Source of the DNA: Andalucia godoyi And28
Lineage: Eukaryota; Protista; Jakobida
NCBI GenBank assembly: GCA_009859145.1
Contig: VRVR01000025.1
Location: 261,491 to 325,490, forward strand
Reading direction: 5' to 3'
DNA: 64,000 nt
In this document: one piece after another, positions 40,688-50,395 of the stretch
Numbering within the stretch: the first letter of the stretch is position 1
Layout: every line of letters starts with the position of its first letter
Notes under the pieces: generated by a model
What the model saw: the letters and a program-made list of their open reading frames with translations, nothing else
What the model was told of the DNA's origin: nothing
Databases searched by the model: none
Translations under genes and position numbers: made by a program

Positions 40688-42442
40688 TCACTGGTGTTTG
40701 AGTAGATGCGCGTGGGCCGCATAAAATATGGAGAGCGGATTTGGTGTGTTCGCAGAACGGGATTGCTGAGGATCCGACGCAGCTGCATCTATCTCGGCAT
40801 CGGCATCGGCATCGGCATCGGCATCGGCAACCCTCTCTGCATCAGCATCTGCAGCAATCTCGGAGGGCTCATGGACGCGTTTTCGCTTTCGGATAACCCA
40901 GAACAGTGTTGTGGCCAACACTGCGACCACAATTGTGCCTCCCACTGCGACTGCAATGATCACTGCTAGATCCAATGGACCCCTTGACGGTGATGACACC
41001 CCGTCTGGCACCTGCTTCACAGGTGGTGATGGTACGGAAACAAGAGCCAGTGTCAATGTCCCTGGATCAGAAAATGTGATGTAAACAGAGTCCATGCATC
41101 CGTCCACGACGCGCACAGTCGTTTGATTCGTCAGTTCCATGCCGATTGCTGACGAGTCGTTCGTAAAGAACCATCGAATTTCATGGTATGCGGGCAGAGG
41201 AGCAATTGAGCAAGACGAACCAGTCTGAATCGCATAGTCTGCGCCAAGGCCACTGGCAACAAGAGATACCAGAGAGAAGCTGACTCGATAAGAGGCTGAA
41301 AGGCGCTGCAGCACGGAAATCGCAGGATCTTCGAACCCGAAGCGAAGATAGATGGACCGAGTTCCGACAACCTTGAGCGACGGTTCCGAGGGAATTAAAA
41401 CCGAAGTGGTCGAATTCGTCTCTGACAGTCGTGCAAACACACGCAAGGAGCTGGCGCGAGACAGGCCATTGTTCGGATCTGTTGCAAAAGACGGAGGAAG
41501 GAGAACAGAATCATTCACGTTTCCATGGAAAAAGAACATTGTCGCGTTGCTGGAAGATATCAACTCGCTGACATTTGTTCCTGTAACATTCAACAAACGC
41601 GGAACGATCACAGGAAATACGCTGCTGCAAGAACTGTTCGTTCCCAGAATTCGACTGGCCGTGTGACACGCTTGAAGAAACATTGACTCATGGCTGAACA
41701 TCGGAATCCACAAGGACATATTTGCAGTCATTCCATCTGACGAAATATCTGCTCTTGCGGGAACAGTTGCAATTGGAACACTGAGCAACCCACGAGAAGC
41801 GTTCAGTGTCTCGTATTCGACTTCTCCGTCTGCAAACAATCGAGCCACGGTACCATTCACATACACCGCTGCAGACTTCAGGAAACAGAAGCCGGCACTG
41901 ATCTCTTCATCCGAGCACAGTACAACGTTTGGCGTGGTTGCAGAGAGACCGTGGATTTCGAGACTGTACAACTCAGCAGGAAACCGAAACACCGGCATGC
42001 AAGTAGTTGGTCCGTGCTCACGACCGGAAGTGAAAGAAAGCCACAGACGCGACATGTATCCCAAGTAGCCTTCCGATCCCGTCGGCTGAATGCCATCGAA
42101 CCGCACCAAAAGGTCCGTTGTCGACGAATTGAACACGAAACTCCGGGAAACACTGACGAAGCGCGGCACAGCGCTGGCATTGTTAAAACATTGCATTACA
42201 GAAGCCAGAGAGCTGGACATAAACAGCTGGTAGGTCACGGACTGCAAACTGGCGAACGTTTCGGATGAGAGATCAAACGCCTGACTCATGTTCAAGATCC
42301 TGATGCTGAAGGACTCCGCAGAGTAAAACACAGGTTCATCGGACACCAGCGCAGGAAGTGGAACAGCATGCGTCGCTGTAAAGAGCATCCATGACAAAAA
42401 CACGAACCACAATCGCAAATTCCTGTTTTGGTTGTTTCGCAT
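40688..42442 (-). CDS. type I membrane / cell-surface glycoprotein
   Basis: Signal peptide (LWFVFLSWMLFTATHA), beta-rich S/T ectodomain with NxS/T sites, TM AVIIAVAVGGTIVVAVLATTLFWVI, stop-transfer RKRKR, (AD)n tail encoded by (GCCGAT)n. Confidence 0.8.
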   Translation of the reverse strand: MRNNQNRNLRLWFVFLSWMLFTATHAVPLPALVSDEPVFYSAESFSIRILNMSQAFDLSSETFASLQSVTYQLFMSSSLASVMQCFNNASAVPRFVSVSRSFVFNSSTTDLLVRFDGIQPTGSEGYLGYMSRLWLSFTSGREHGPTTCMPVFRFPAELYSLEIHGLSATTPNVVLCSDEEISAGFCFLKSAAVYVNGTVARLFADGEVEYETLNASRGLLSVPIATVPARADISSDGMTANMSLWIPMFSHESMFLQACHTASRILGTNSSCSSVFPVIVPRLLNVTGTNVSELISSSNATMFFFHGNVNDSVLLPPSFATDPNNGLSRASSLRVFARLSETNSTTSVLIPSEPSLKVVGTRSIYLRFGFEDPAISVLQRLSASYRVSFSLVSLVASGLGADYAIQTGSSCSIAPLPAYHEIRWFFTNDSSAIGMELTNQTTVRVVDGCMDSVYITFSDPGTLTLALVSVPSPPVKQVPDGVSSPSRGPLDLAVIIAVAVGGTIVVAVLATTLFWVIRKRKRVHEPSEIAADADAERVADADADADADAEIDAAASDPQQSRSANTPNPLSIFYAAHAHLLKHQ

Positions 42443-43350
42443 TGCGTTCGCTTTAGCAGCCAGATCAACAAACGACCCCGTGCGATTCTCAGAAGCAATG
42501 GATCAGCGAACCAGAATCGCAGGTTCGCAGCTCGCGAAACTCTGTGATGAAAGCCGTCAAAGGAGAAAGCGACCAACTCTGGAAGACATGTCTGTGCCAG
42601 CCAACCAAAACTCCCGAGGTGGATATTTTGGAGGCCGCCATAGCAATTTCAAAGGAAAATTGACATGCGAAACTTCCGAACTTGCAGGCAGAAGACGAAA
42701 CCCATCACACGCGTGTATGCACCAACCAACCAAGACGAAGATCTCGAGCGTATTCATCCACAAGCCCTCTCGCAGCCAGCAATCCGCGAAGTCTGGTACA
42801 GTCCTAATGGCTTAACGCCCGGATTCTCTCCGGATGGCTGGATTTCTGATATTTACATTCGTTGCGATTCTTCATTTACCACCTACTTATTCAGGACACT
42901 ATGCACATCTCTTTCCCTCTCTCGTAACAGATCGCTCTTCATTGTAATCAAAGAAAATTGTACCCCCTACAAATCGCCCTAGATTGCGTATCAGATGCCA
43001 GAGGGTGGTGACAAAAGCGATGCTGGTAGACACGGTCTTCATTTTGCATGGATTGACCTTGCTGGGAAACGAAAAGAATAATGATCATCGAATCTTTCGA
43101 TTCGTGCTTAAAGCATCTCGAACTCCGTGAGTATGCTATCTCCTGAGAATGGAAGAGAAGCTCGGCATTGCTTGGGTTCAGCTAGAAATCAACACAAGAG
43201 TGCGACTTGGCAACCTCCGAGGCGACATCTTTGGATTGAACATCCAAACCAACAAGAGACACCTCCCAAAAGAGCAAAGGAGGGCATGCATCTCTTATTT
43301 CTTGTCTCCCGTTCGTTGTACTGTTCCAACTTTGGGTTTCAGTACTCTAG

Positions 43351-44322
43351 TTGATTAAACCTATGATTGCCACGTTTCGTCTTACCGGATTGTCTTTCAA
43401 CAACATTCGAAAGGAGATCACCATTGTATCGCTTGGTGTTCTTGTTGGCGCACTGATTTCGCAGTCCCAGAATAAGTATCAGGTTTCAGCCCGTGCAAGC
43501 AATCTGATGGAAGAAGTGTTTTCCGCTCATCCGGACATTCGAAACGCCTGGAAGTCATTTTCCGATCCTGAAAAGATTGTGGTTTATCTTATCCGGAAAT
43601 TGAATACTGTCTTGGGGCATGTCAGCCAAGTGGCGAAGAAGAAGAAGGGTACTTCCGTCACAGTACCGGCGCAAGAGGACAACACAACGCTGCTGGTGAC
43701 TCCGCTGGTGGTTTGTGCGCCCCAGATTTTTGTAGATCGCCTCGAACGTGAGTGTGTTCCTCAATCATCGCATAACTTGCCCAATAGCGACGCCCCACTG
43801 GCAAAGCGCAAGAAGACGGCCAGCACTTCGGCTGCACCTGCTGTTGACGGACGCAGTGTGGCTTGCGCCTTTGCGGAACCAGAATTTCCATGCTCATGGG
43901 CAATGTTTTGCGGTGGTAGAATTTCTGAGACAATGTGCCAAGACATTCTTAGGCAATGTGGGTTCGACCATTCCTTGTTCGACAAAACTTCGACGAAATC
44001 CAAGTCCGTGGCGTTTGATCTTGCAATGTATGCATTCTTCGCACTCTCTGTCACTGGCTTTTGGATGCGTCATGGAATGCAACTTACTCCGGCTGTTGGT
44101 GCTGTTAGTGCGAATTGGTGGACGCCTACTTCGATCAGTGCGGCGTCTTCATTGTTTTTGCTATTTGCTGGATTACGTTGCCGAGGGCTGCTCAGTTTCG
44201 TCAATGGCAACTCTTCCATAATCAGGACATTTGACAGCGTTCGTCCTTCCTTTTTCAGTGCAGCAAAGAGTGAAAACAAATTCGGAACTCGAGATCAGTT
44301 TCTCATGCTATTTCCGGGATGA
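43351..44322 (+). CDS. hypothetical protein, possibly an accessory ORF of the adjacent CMC-type element
   Basis: 323-codon open frame convergent with the CMC transposase; basic patches (AKKKK, KRKK); a short overlapping ORF 43149..43358 may be a frameshifted N-terminus. No family recognised. Confidence 0.4.
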   Translation: MIKPMIATFRLTGLSFNNIRKEITIVSLGVLVGALISQSQNKYQVSARASNLMEEVFSAHPDIRNAWKSFSDPEKIVVYLIRKLNTVLGHVSQVAKKKKGTSVTVPAQEDNTTLLVTPLVVCAPQIFVDRLERECVPQSSHNLPNSDAPLAKRKKTASTSAAPAVDGRSVACAFAEPEFPCSWAMFCGGRISETMCQDILRQCGFDHSLFDKTSTKSKSVAFDLAMYAFFALSVTGFWMRHGMQLTPAVGAVSANWWTPTSISAASSLFLLFAGLRCRGLLSFVNGNSSIIRTFDSVRPSFFSAAKSENKFGTRDQFLMLFPG

Positions 44323-44446
44323 CATGCAGTCCTTACAATTGGTGTTCATTTGTACAACCATAAGTAAGAATGTCCTTGTAGTTTGATATCCACAACCTCG
44401 CAGATCCATTTGTCGTCTGCTACCTGCAGCGATTCCTCTGTTACGA

Positions 44447-47082
44447 TTATTTCGGACTTTGTAAGCGAGAATGGGATTGAGTTTCATCTGCTCGATGACA
44501 GCGAAACCCACGAAGGATCCCATTTGAAACTTGAGTGACCTGCATCAGTGTCGTTTCTCCAGTATCATCGACTAATACGACGCAGAAGAACGGCACAGGT
44601 TTCGAAGCTACGAGTCGATTGACGTTGACGAATCTCAGCAGATTCAGATCCGGATTCTCGCAGCCCTCTTCGATCACTAGGTCATCAAATATCCCGAGAC
44701 AGGCTAGACGATGAAGTCCGAGACGACCAAGAATAGTCGCACAAACCGCTGTTGAACTGACATTCGTATTTGTGGAGAACTTTCGAATCCATTTGTTCGT
44801 CCTCTCAAATGCAAAAGCTGTGTTGAGTGAGAGCAATCCAAGTAATCTGGTGACATGGACATAATGTTGCGCCATGTGCAGAGAAGGTCCAGTGAAAAGA
44901 CCTTGATTCACGAATGCCGAAAACGTGTCTCGGAAAGATATCCAATACATTTCTGGTAGTTCTTCCGTGAAGAAGTCTTCATCCACATCAAAAAATGCTT
45001 TTCTGCAGAAAAGAGCCAAGTACTTGGAATGCTGGAACAGGGAAGACCAGATCTCAGAGCTGAAAAACTCGTGTTCAGAAGGAAGCATCTCACAGAGTGC
45101 AACCGGAACATACAACATTGTTAGCATCTTTTGATGTCCTGTACAGGTCGCCTTCCACATCTTAAATGATGTGAACTTTGCTCCAGAATCTCCATCTTTT
45201 CTGAATATCGGACGAAGAACATCACAAAGACAGCTCCAAAATCGAGGAGGAAGACGATTGTTTGAAAAATACGATCCAAGTAAAGACATATGATCGATCA
45301 CAAGATTTTCGCCCTCCGTATGAAAGAGATCAATGTTCAGAGTACGGGGCATGTCGTCACTCAGTCTCCAAAGATCAGAAAACGAAGAGTATCCCAACGA
45401 AGCAGCGACTTCTTCCCTCCGGCGGGAGTCTGACGAGCTGAGGTCCCGAACAAATAAATGCTCATTGGGAAGTCGTCGAGGGTAGACATCGAACGTGTCT
45501 GACGACTCTCGATGAACCTCCTACCGCATACGCATGCTATCTGGCCCTCCAGAATACATGCAGTGCGTGCAGGGAAATTTGCTGACACCGAAGCTTTTCA
45601 ACCCAGCTACTTTGTTACGTGCCACGCCATCCACGACACTGTTGGTGTAAAACGGGACAACGAAAAGGCGCGCTTTACGAAGCGGTCCGGCTGCTTCGAC
45701 ACTGAACGTTGGTAGGTTTATGAGAAACGCTGGAGGAAGTTCTTCCATGCTTTTCACAGCAAGTTGCACGACCTGCGAAGGCGCATCCTGTTCCACGTTG
45801 CGACACAACACGAAAGGGGCAAACAACGACGAGCGCATTCTCTCAGGGATGTAATGTACTCTCACGCCCGTGAGTGTAGCGCAAGCAGCATAGCCCGGAG
45901 AACTTTTGCGCCTTGTCATCGGCAGCCCATCAAAGAATAGCTGAATTGGTGCAAAGACTAACTCAGTGTGATACGAGGCATCTGCAACTGCCTTCTTATG
46001 CAACTCCATCCAATTATGTTTTTGTTGATGCTCTGCAAGAGCAATGAAGTGTCTCTCACATTGCCAGCGCTCATCCACTCTTCCATTGGAATGTGATGTG
46101 ATCATTTTCATCGAGGGAAGAACGTCATCAAATGGTAACCCTGTTGCAAGTCGGTTGAAAAGGGGCTGCAATAGCGGTTGGCTCTTCTGAGTCGACCTAA
46201 TCAGCTCTTCGACAATTGTCTGCGTACTTACCCAAGACAGCAGAATCGGAAAAAGTCGGAATACGACAATGTCCTGTCCGCATATCGGCCGTTCGACTCC
46301 GGAAAAAGACGGGGCCGCTTTCCACATATGACTGCGCACCGTGCGCGCGTCTTTAGGGAACTTGAAACCCGGACGATCCGGACCGGAAGCTCCTAAACCG
46401 GCTTCTTCGACGATTACTGATCCCCCAAGAAGAAACCTCTGCATACTGTTTTTGAGTCCAATTTTGCTCAGCAAGCATTCTACACAATTTTAGGTATGCT
46501 TTCGTCATTGTCGGGCCTTGCAAGAGCATGACAGCAGATTCTGTGTTTTAACGTTGCCCAGTCTAACACCACAACCTCCAACGTTGACTCTGGAGTGGGA
46601 GACGGTGGCAAACTCTGGAACTCCTCGCCACCATCATCACTATCATCATCATCATCACTCGCATCGTTCCACGTGTCTCCAAACCCCAATTCTTGTTCAG
46701 CGGTGCCACCAGTGTCCGGGAAAACTGCACGATGACCGTCCTCAGACAACGACGTGGTGCTACGCGGACGTTTTGGAGCAGGCAACGAAGACCGTCCTGC
46801 CTCCAGTCTGGAATCCCTGAGGCGCGGATGAATACAGACATGTAACCCAAAGTAATGATCAAGCAAATGAGCATGCGACTCCAGAACGACTCTGCAACCT
46901 GTTTCCGGGCATGGTAGAGGAAAATTGCAAAGGTGGATCCTTATATTAGCCTGCAGATGCCTTTGAAGGCGAGACGCTACTTCGAAGGACATCGGGCATA
47001 ACGGACATCTGTACCGATTAACCCCATCGGTCTGCGGAGCGATCGACGTGGGAGCGGGATTATCACCCACCCGCAACTGCAT
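44447..47082 (-). pseudogene. decayed CMC (EnSpm/CACTA/Plavaka-like) DDE transposase with N-terminal C2H2 fingers
   Basis: Three tracked ORFs in series: C2H2-like CPLCPMSF...LQRHL and CPETGC...HLLDHYFGLH; QLFFDGLP; VVDGVARNKVAGLK...FPCTHC; IDLFHTEG; LHMAQHY...LLGLL....FAFERTN. At least two frameshifts (~46480, ~45400-45520). Confidence 0.7.
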
Positions 47083-47416
47083 GTAAGTAACAAGGGACTA
47101 GATATGAAGAGCGGAATTATTAAAACGGATGTACCAAGCATTCAACATGATTGTTTTTATTCATCCCGGATTCATCGCGGATTCTCCACCAGTGTTTTTC
47201 GCTCTCCAGGAGTGGATTACTATGAAAAGCAATCCAAGGTCATCCGCCGGACTTCGCGGATTGCTTGCTGTTAGCTGCGCCGTTGAAGGAACAACACAAA
47301 TGGACTACGAGCGTTAACGGCCGTTGCATTTGTCCTGGTTACGGTGGTTGGAGACTAAGTGTCGGGACTCGAGGACTGTTCAACTTTGGATTGTAGATAC
47401 GCAAAGTCTAATCAAG

Positions 47417-47669
47417 GTGACCAAGAAGCGACGTAACGCGGGACGCGCCAAGAACGGACGTGGCCACGTCAAGCCCAAGGCATGCTACTACTGTGGACGC
47501 CTCGTTGCCAAGGACAAGGCCATCAAGCGTTTCATTGTCCGCAACATTGTCGAGTCTGCCGCTGTTCGTGATCTTTCTGATGCGTCTGCCATCAAGGACT
47601 ACGCTCTGCCGAAGTTGTACATCAAGCAGTACTACTTCGTGTCGTGTGCAATCCACTCCAAGACCGTTC
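47417..47669 (+). pseudogene. RPS26: 40S ribosomal protein S26 fragment (first ~84 codons)
   Basis: (V)[52 protein letters not shown]...[21 protein letters not shown]. Start is GTG, the YC of the zinc motif reads YF, and the C-terminal ~20 aa are replaced by T-rich DNA. Confidence 0.88.
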
Positions 47670-47704
47670 CTGCAGTTTTTCTTTTCATTGGTTTGTTTTA
47701 TTTT

Positions 47705-50007
47705 TCAAACGGTATTTTCATTTTTCTGTCGACAACACAATGGACTAGGATCTGAAGGCGAAATTGCAGGTTGTTTAGGAGGCCTCGTATCTTCGTAACC
47801 AGCGTCTGCCCTTCTTTTGCGTTTCATCTTGCAAAAATCGTAGTTTGCGTGGATAAACATCATACTGTTGACAGTGTTCGGATGAAGACGGTGACGTCGG
47901 TCGGATATTGTGTATCCAGAAATGGAGAAGACACGCTCACTACTCACACTGGATGCTTGGACACCTCCGTATCTGCGGGCTATATCAGCAACTTGAGGGA
48001 ACAGGGACTGCAGCGATTTCCACGTTTCAGACCATGTTGGTAGATCGTCACCAAGCCAACGACATGGATGGTTCACATACGACGTGACAATTGACTCAAA
48101 AGCATCTTTGGATACATGCTCGTCGTCATCAAATATCGGACCTATGAGCCGAAAATTTTGAGAAACCTCGGATGAAGAGTGGGGAGTATTGTTCCTTGGA
48201 GACGGAGCTGGAATCCTGCTTCTCGACGCAACAAAGCACATAACAACCGTTCTACCTCACGGCTTTCGCTCGACGGCATGTACCCTGTTTTGATTCGCGG
48301 GTCGAGAACCGATGAATCCAGAAATGTTTTCAAACGCGCCCTTAAGTGATTTCCAAAGGATAAACGAATTGAAGAAAGTGCTGCATTGCACAACTCCGAC
48401 GTTACTGATGACACTTCTGCTTCAACCGTTTGCGGACACTGCGATTTTCTCTTGCGAGCTTTTTTGGAAGTCGTTCCTACGCAGTCCAGAGTTTCGTCCA
48501 CAAAAATAAACTCCAGTGGCGAGATGGAGGCGTCGATCACGTCAGTTTTGTCGACTGTCTTCATGTTGGCTTGCAGCTCTCGGATGGTTCTTTCATCGTG
48601 GTCGGGATAGAGACTGAATAGCGTCCTAACAGTCGGAATAACGAGGCTTGCAACCGTTTCTTGATTCATGGAGAACCAACGGGTGGCTTGTTCGAAAGGA
48701 CGCAACACAGGAAGTAAAGATTCGATAAAAGACCATTCAACAGAATTCATCCGCAGATCTTCACGCTTGATCGCAACCAACACAAGTTCGATGGAGTCCT
48801 TCAGTTTTAGCAGTCGTTCAAGCGCATACAGCAGAGAGATCCATCGCGTCTTACATTCAGTTTTGATTGTGAGAGGAGAGGTGACACCCGCTCGTTTTTG
48901 ATACTCTACCAATTCACGAGTTGCCTTATTGCTGCGATGGAAGAATTCCATGATTTTCTTGGCCTTTTCAACGACGTAATCACACACTCGATTACTGAGA
49001 GATCCTTGAACTGATAATTGCAGAGTATGGATGAAACATCGAAGATGCGGGAGATTGGCATTCACAACAGCGTTCACTTGCACGTCAGCGTTATCAGTTG
49101 TGACCGAAACGACCGTATCATGCCGAATTCCGTAATCTTCCAGGCATTTGGAAAGGCTTGTGCGCAAGGAATCTGTGGATTCCCCTGATGGCAGGCAGCT
49201 CAAAAGAACATTCACAATTTCGAAGTCTTCATTCACAAAATGCGCTGTCACTGCAACAAAATGATGGCCATTTTTCGACGACCATCCATCTGTCGTCAAA
49301 GAAACTCCTGATGCATCCTGTGAAAGAGAATCGCCGACAAAATCATGAATCTCCTTTTCAATCTGAGGCAACAACGTCTGTGACAGGTGCTGTCGATCCG
49401 GGATTTGAAACCTTGGCTCAATCAGTTCGAGGAGCTGCTTGAAACCTTTGTTCTCCACAACAGACAAAGGTTGAATATCATGGCAGATCATATAAACAAT
49501 GGCTTCACGGAGTTCCTTTTTGCGACTATTTGTCAGAGGCTTGGCAAAGAAGTTGCTGATAGTAGGCGCGACGGTTGATTGGGGTGAGGAAACAGCTTTC
49601 CAGTCCGAAAGATGCTTCGATTCTAAATGATCGCGAAGCTTGTCCGTTGTCGGTTTGAGATACGGATACGTCTTCGGCTTCTCGTTCATCCTGAAAACGC
49701 AGAGTGCACAACAAACCTCTGGATGCTCCTTGCTGTCACGGATCACTTCGACGCCATTCCCAGACGAACAGTCTCTCTTCCTTGTCAAGGTGATTGTTCT
49801 CGTTCTTCCGGTGTCACCCAGGTACTTTGACTCCATTTGGAGGAAATCCTGCTTCAGGAGGGGCATGTTCCTCTGCACTCTGTACACCGCGTAGAGTGAT
49901 ACAACCGCCTCTCTTCCTCCGGACACAGCGCAGCAGATCGTAATAGATGCCCACGTACTTGCGCACGGTACGCTCAGGAGACTGCAGATCGTGGTATTTT
50001 GCACCAT
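47705..50007 (-). mobile_element. hAT (ZBED/Ac-like) transposase, frameshifted before the dimerisation domain; element ends not found
   Basis: BED finger (VCCALC...KLRDHLESKH), IQPLSVVENKGF, SLTTDGWSS, VTTDNA, RCFIHTLQL, KTRWIS, LDPRIK in 48142..50007; C-terminal FPQVADIARRY...ASSVSSERVFS...RRHRL in 47705..48241 (other frame). Confidence 0.88.
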
Positions 50008-50187
50008 CGATGATATGCGCAAGGACGTCCTTCGTGAGCTGCGCTTCCGAATTTGACTCTTTTCCTGTTGGGGATCGTTTTTTGACCATTTTGCGGAGCT
50101 CAATAGAAGCGTAATGAACAATATCAGATGACGATTTTTAACACGAATTTTCCCGGCATGACAAGTGCGAAAAAAACCGGCAATATT
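49823..50187 (-). mobile_element. 5'-end fragment of a second Fot/pogo copy (TIR remnant + ATG + N-terminal coding DNA with an internal deletion)
   Basis: 49823-49940 matches ~6025-6150 and 49940-50090 matches ~6343-6497 (roughly 80% identity by eye); gcgaaaaaaaccggcaata at 50167-50185 matches the pogo TIR. Confidence 0.85.
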
Positions 50188-50395
50188 AGGTGGTTTCACG
50201 ATGCAGCCGACTGCTCCAGTCCATACGTGATGTTCTGAAGAGCTGTCAGTGCCTCTGAAGGTCTGTTGCACTATGCAACTACTTTAACCGCTGGGCTAAT
50301 GTTGTGGTTATGACACACTAGAGTGGGCCACAAGTGCAAGAGATCAACGCCGTCCTTTACAACACATTCTACAAAAATGAATCAGAGGTTTACAT

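Noticed and set aside
42897-50277. CACTATGCA at 42897 and 50269 as CACTA element termini
   Set aside because: Same orientation rather than inverted, only 9 bp, and within chance expectation for 64 kb.
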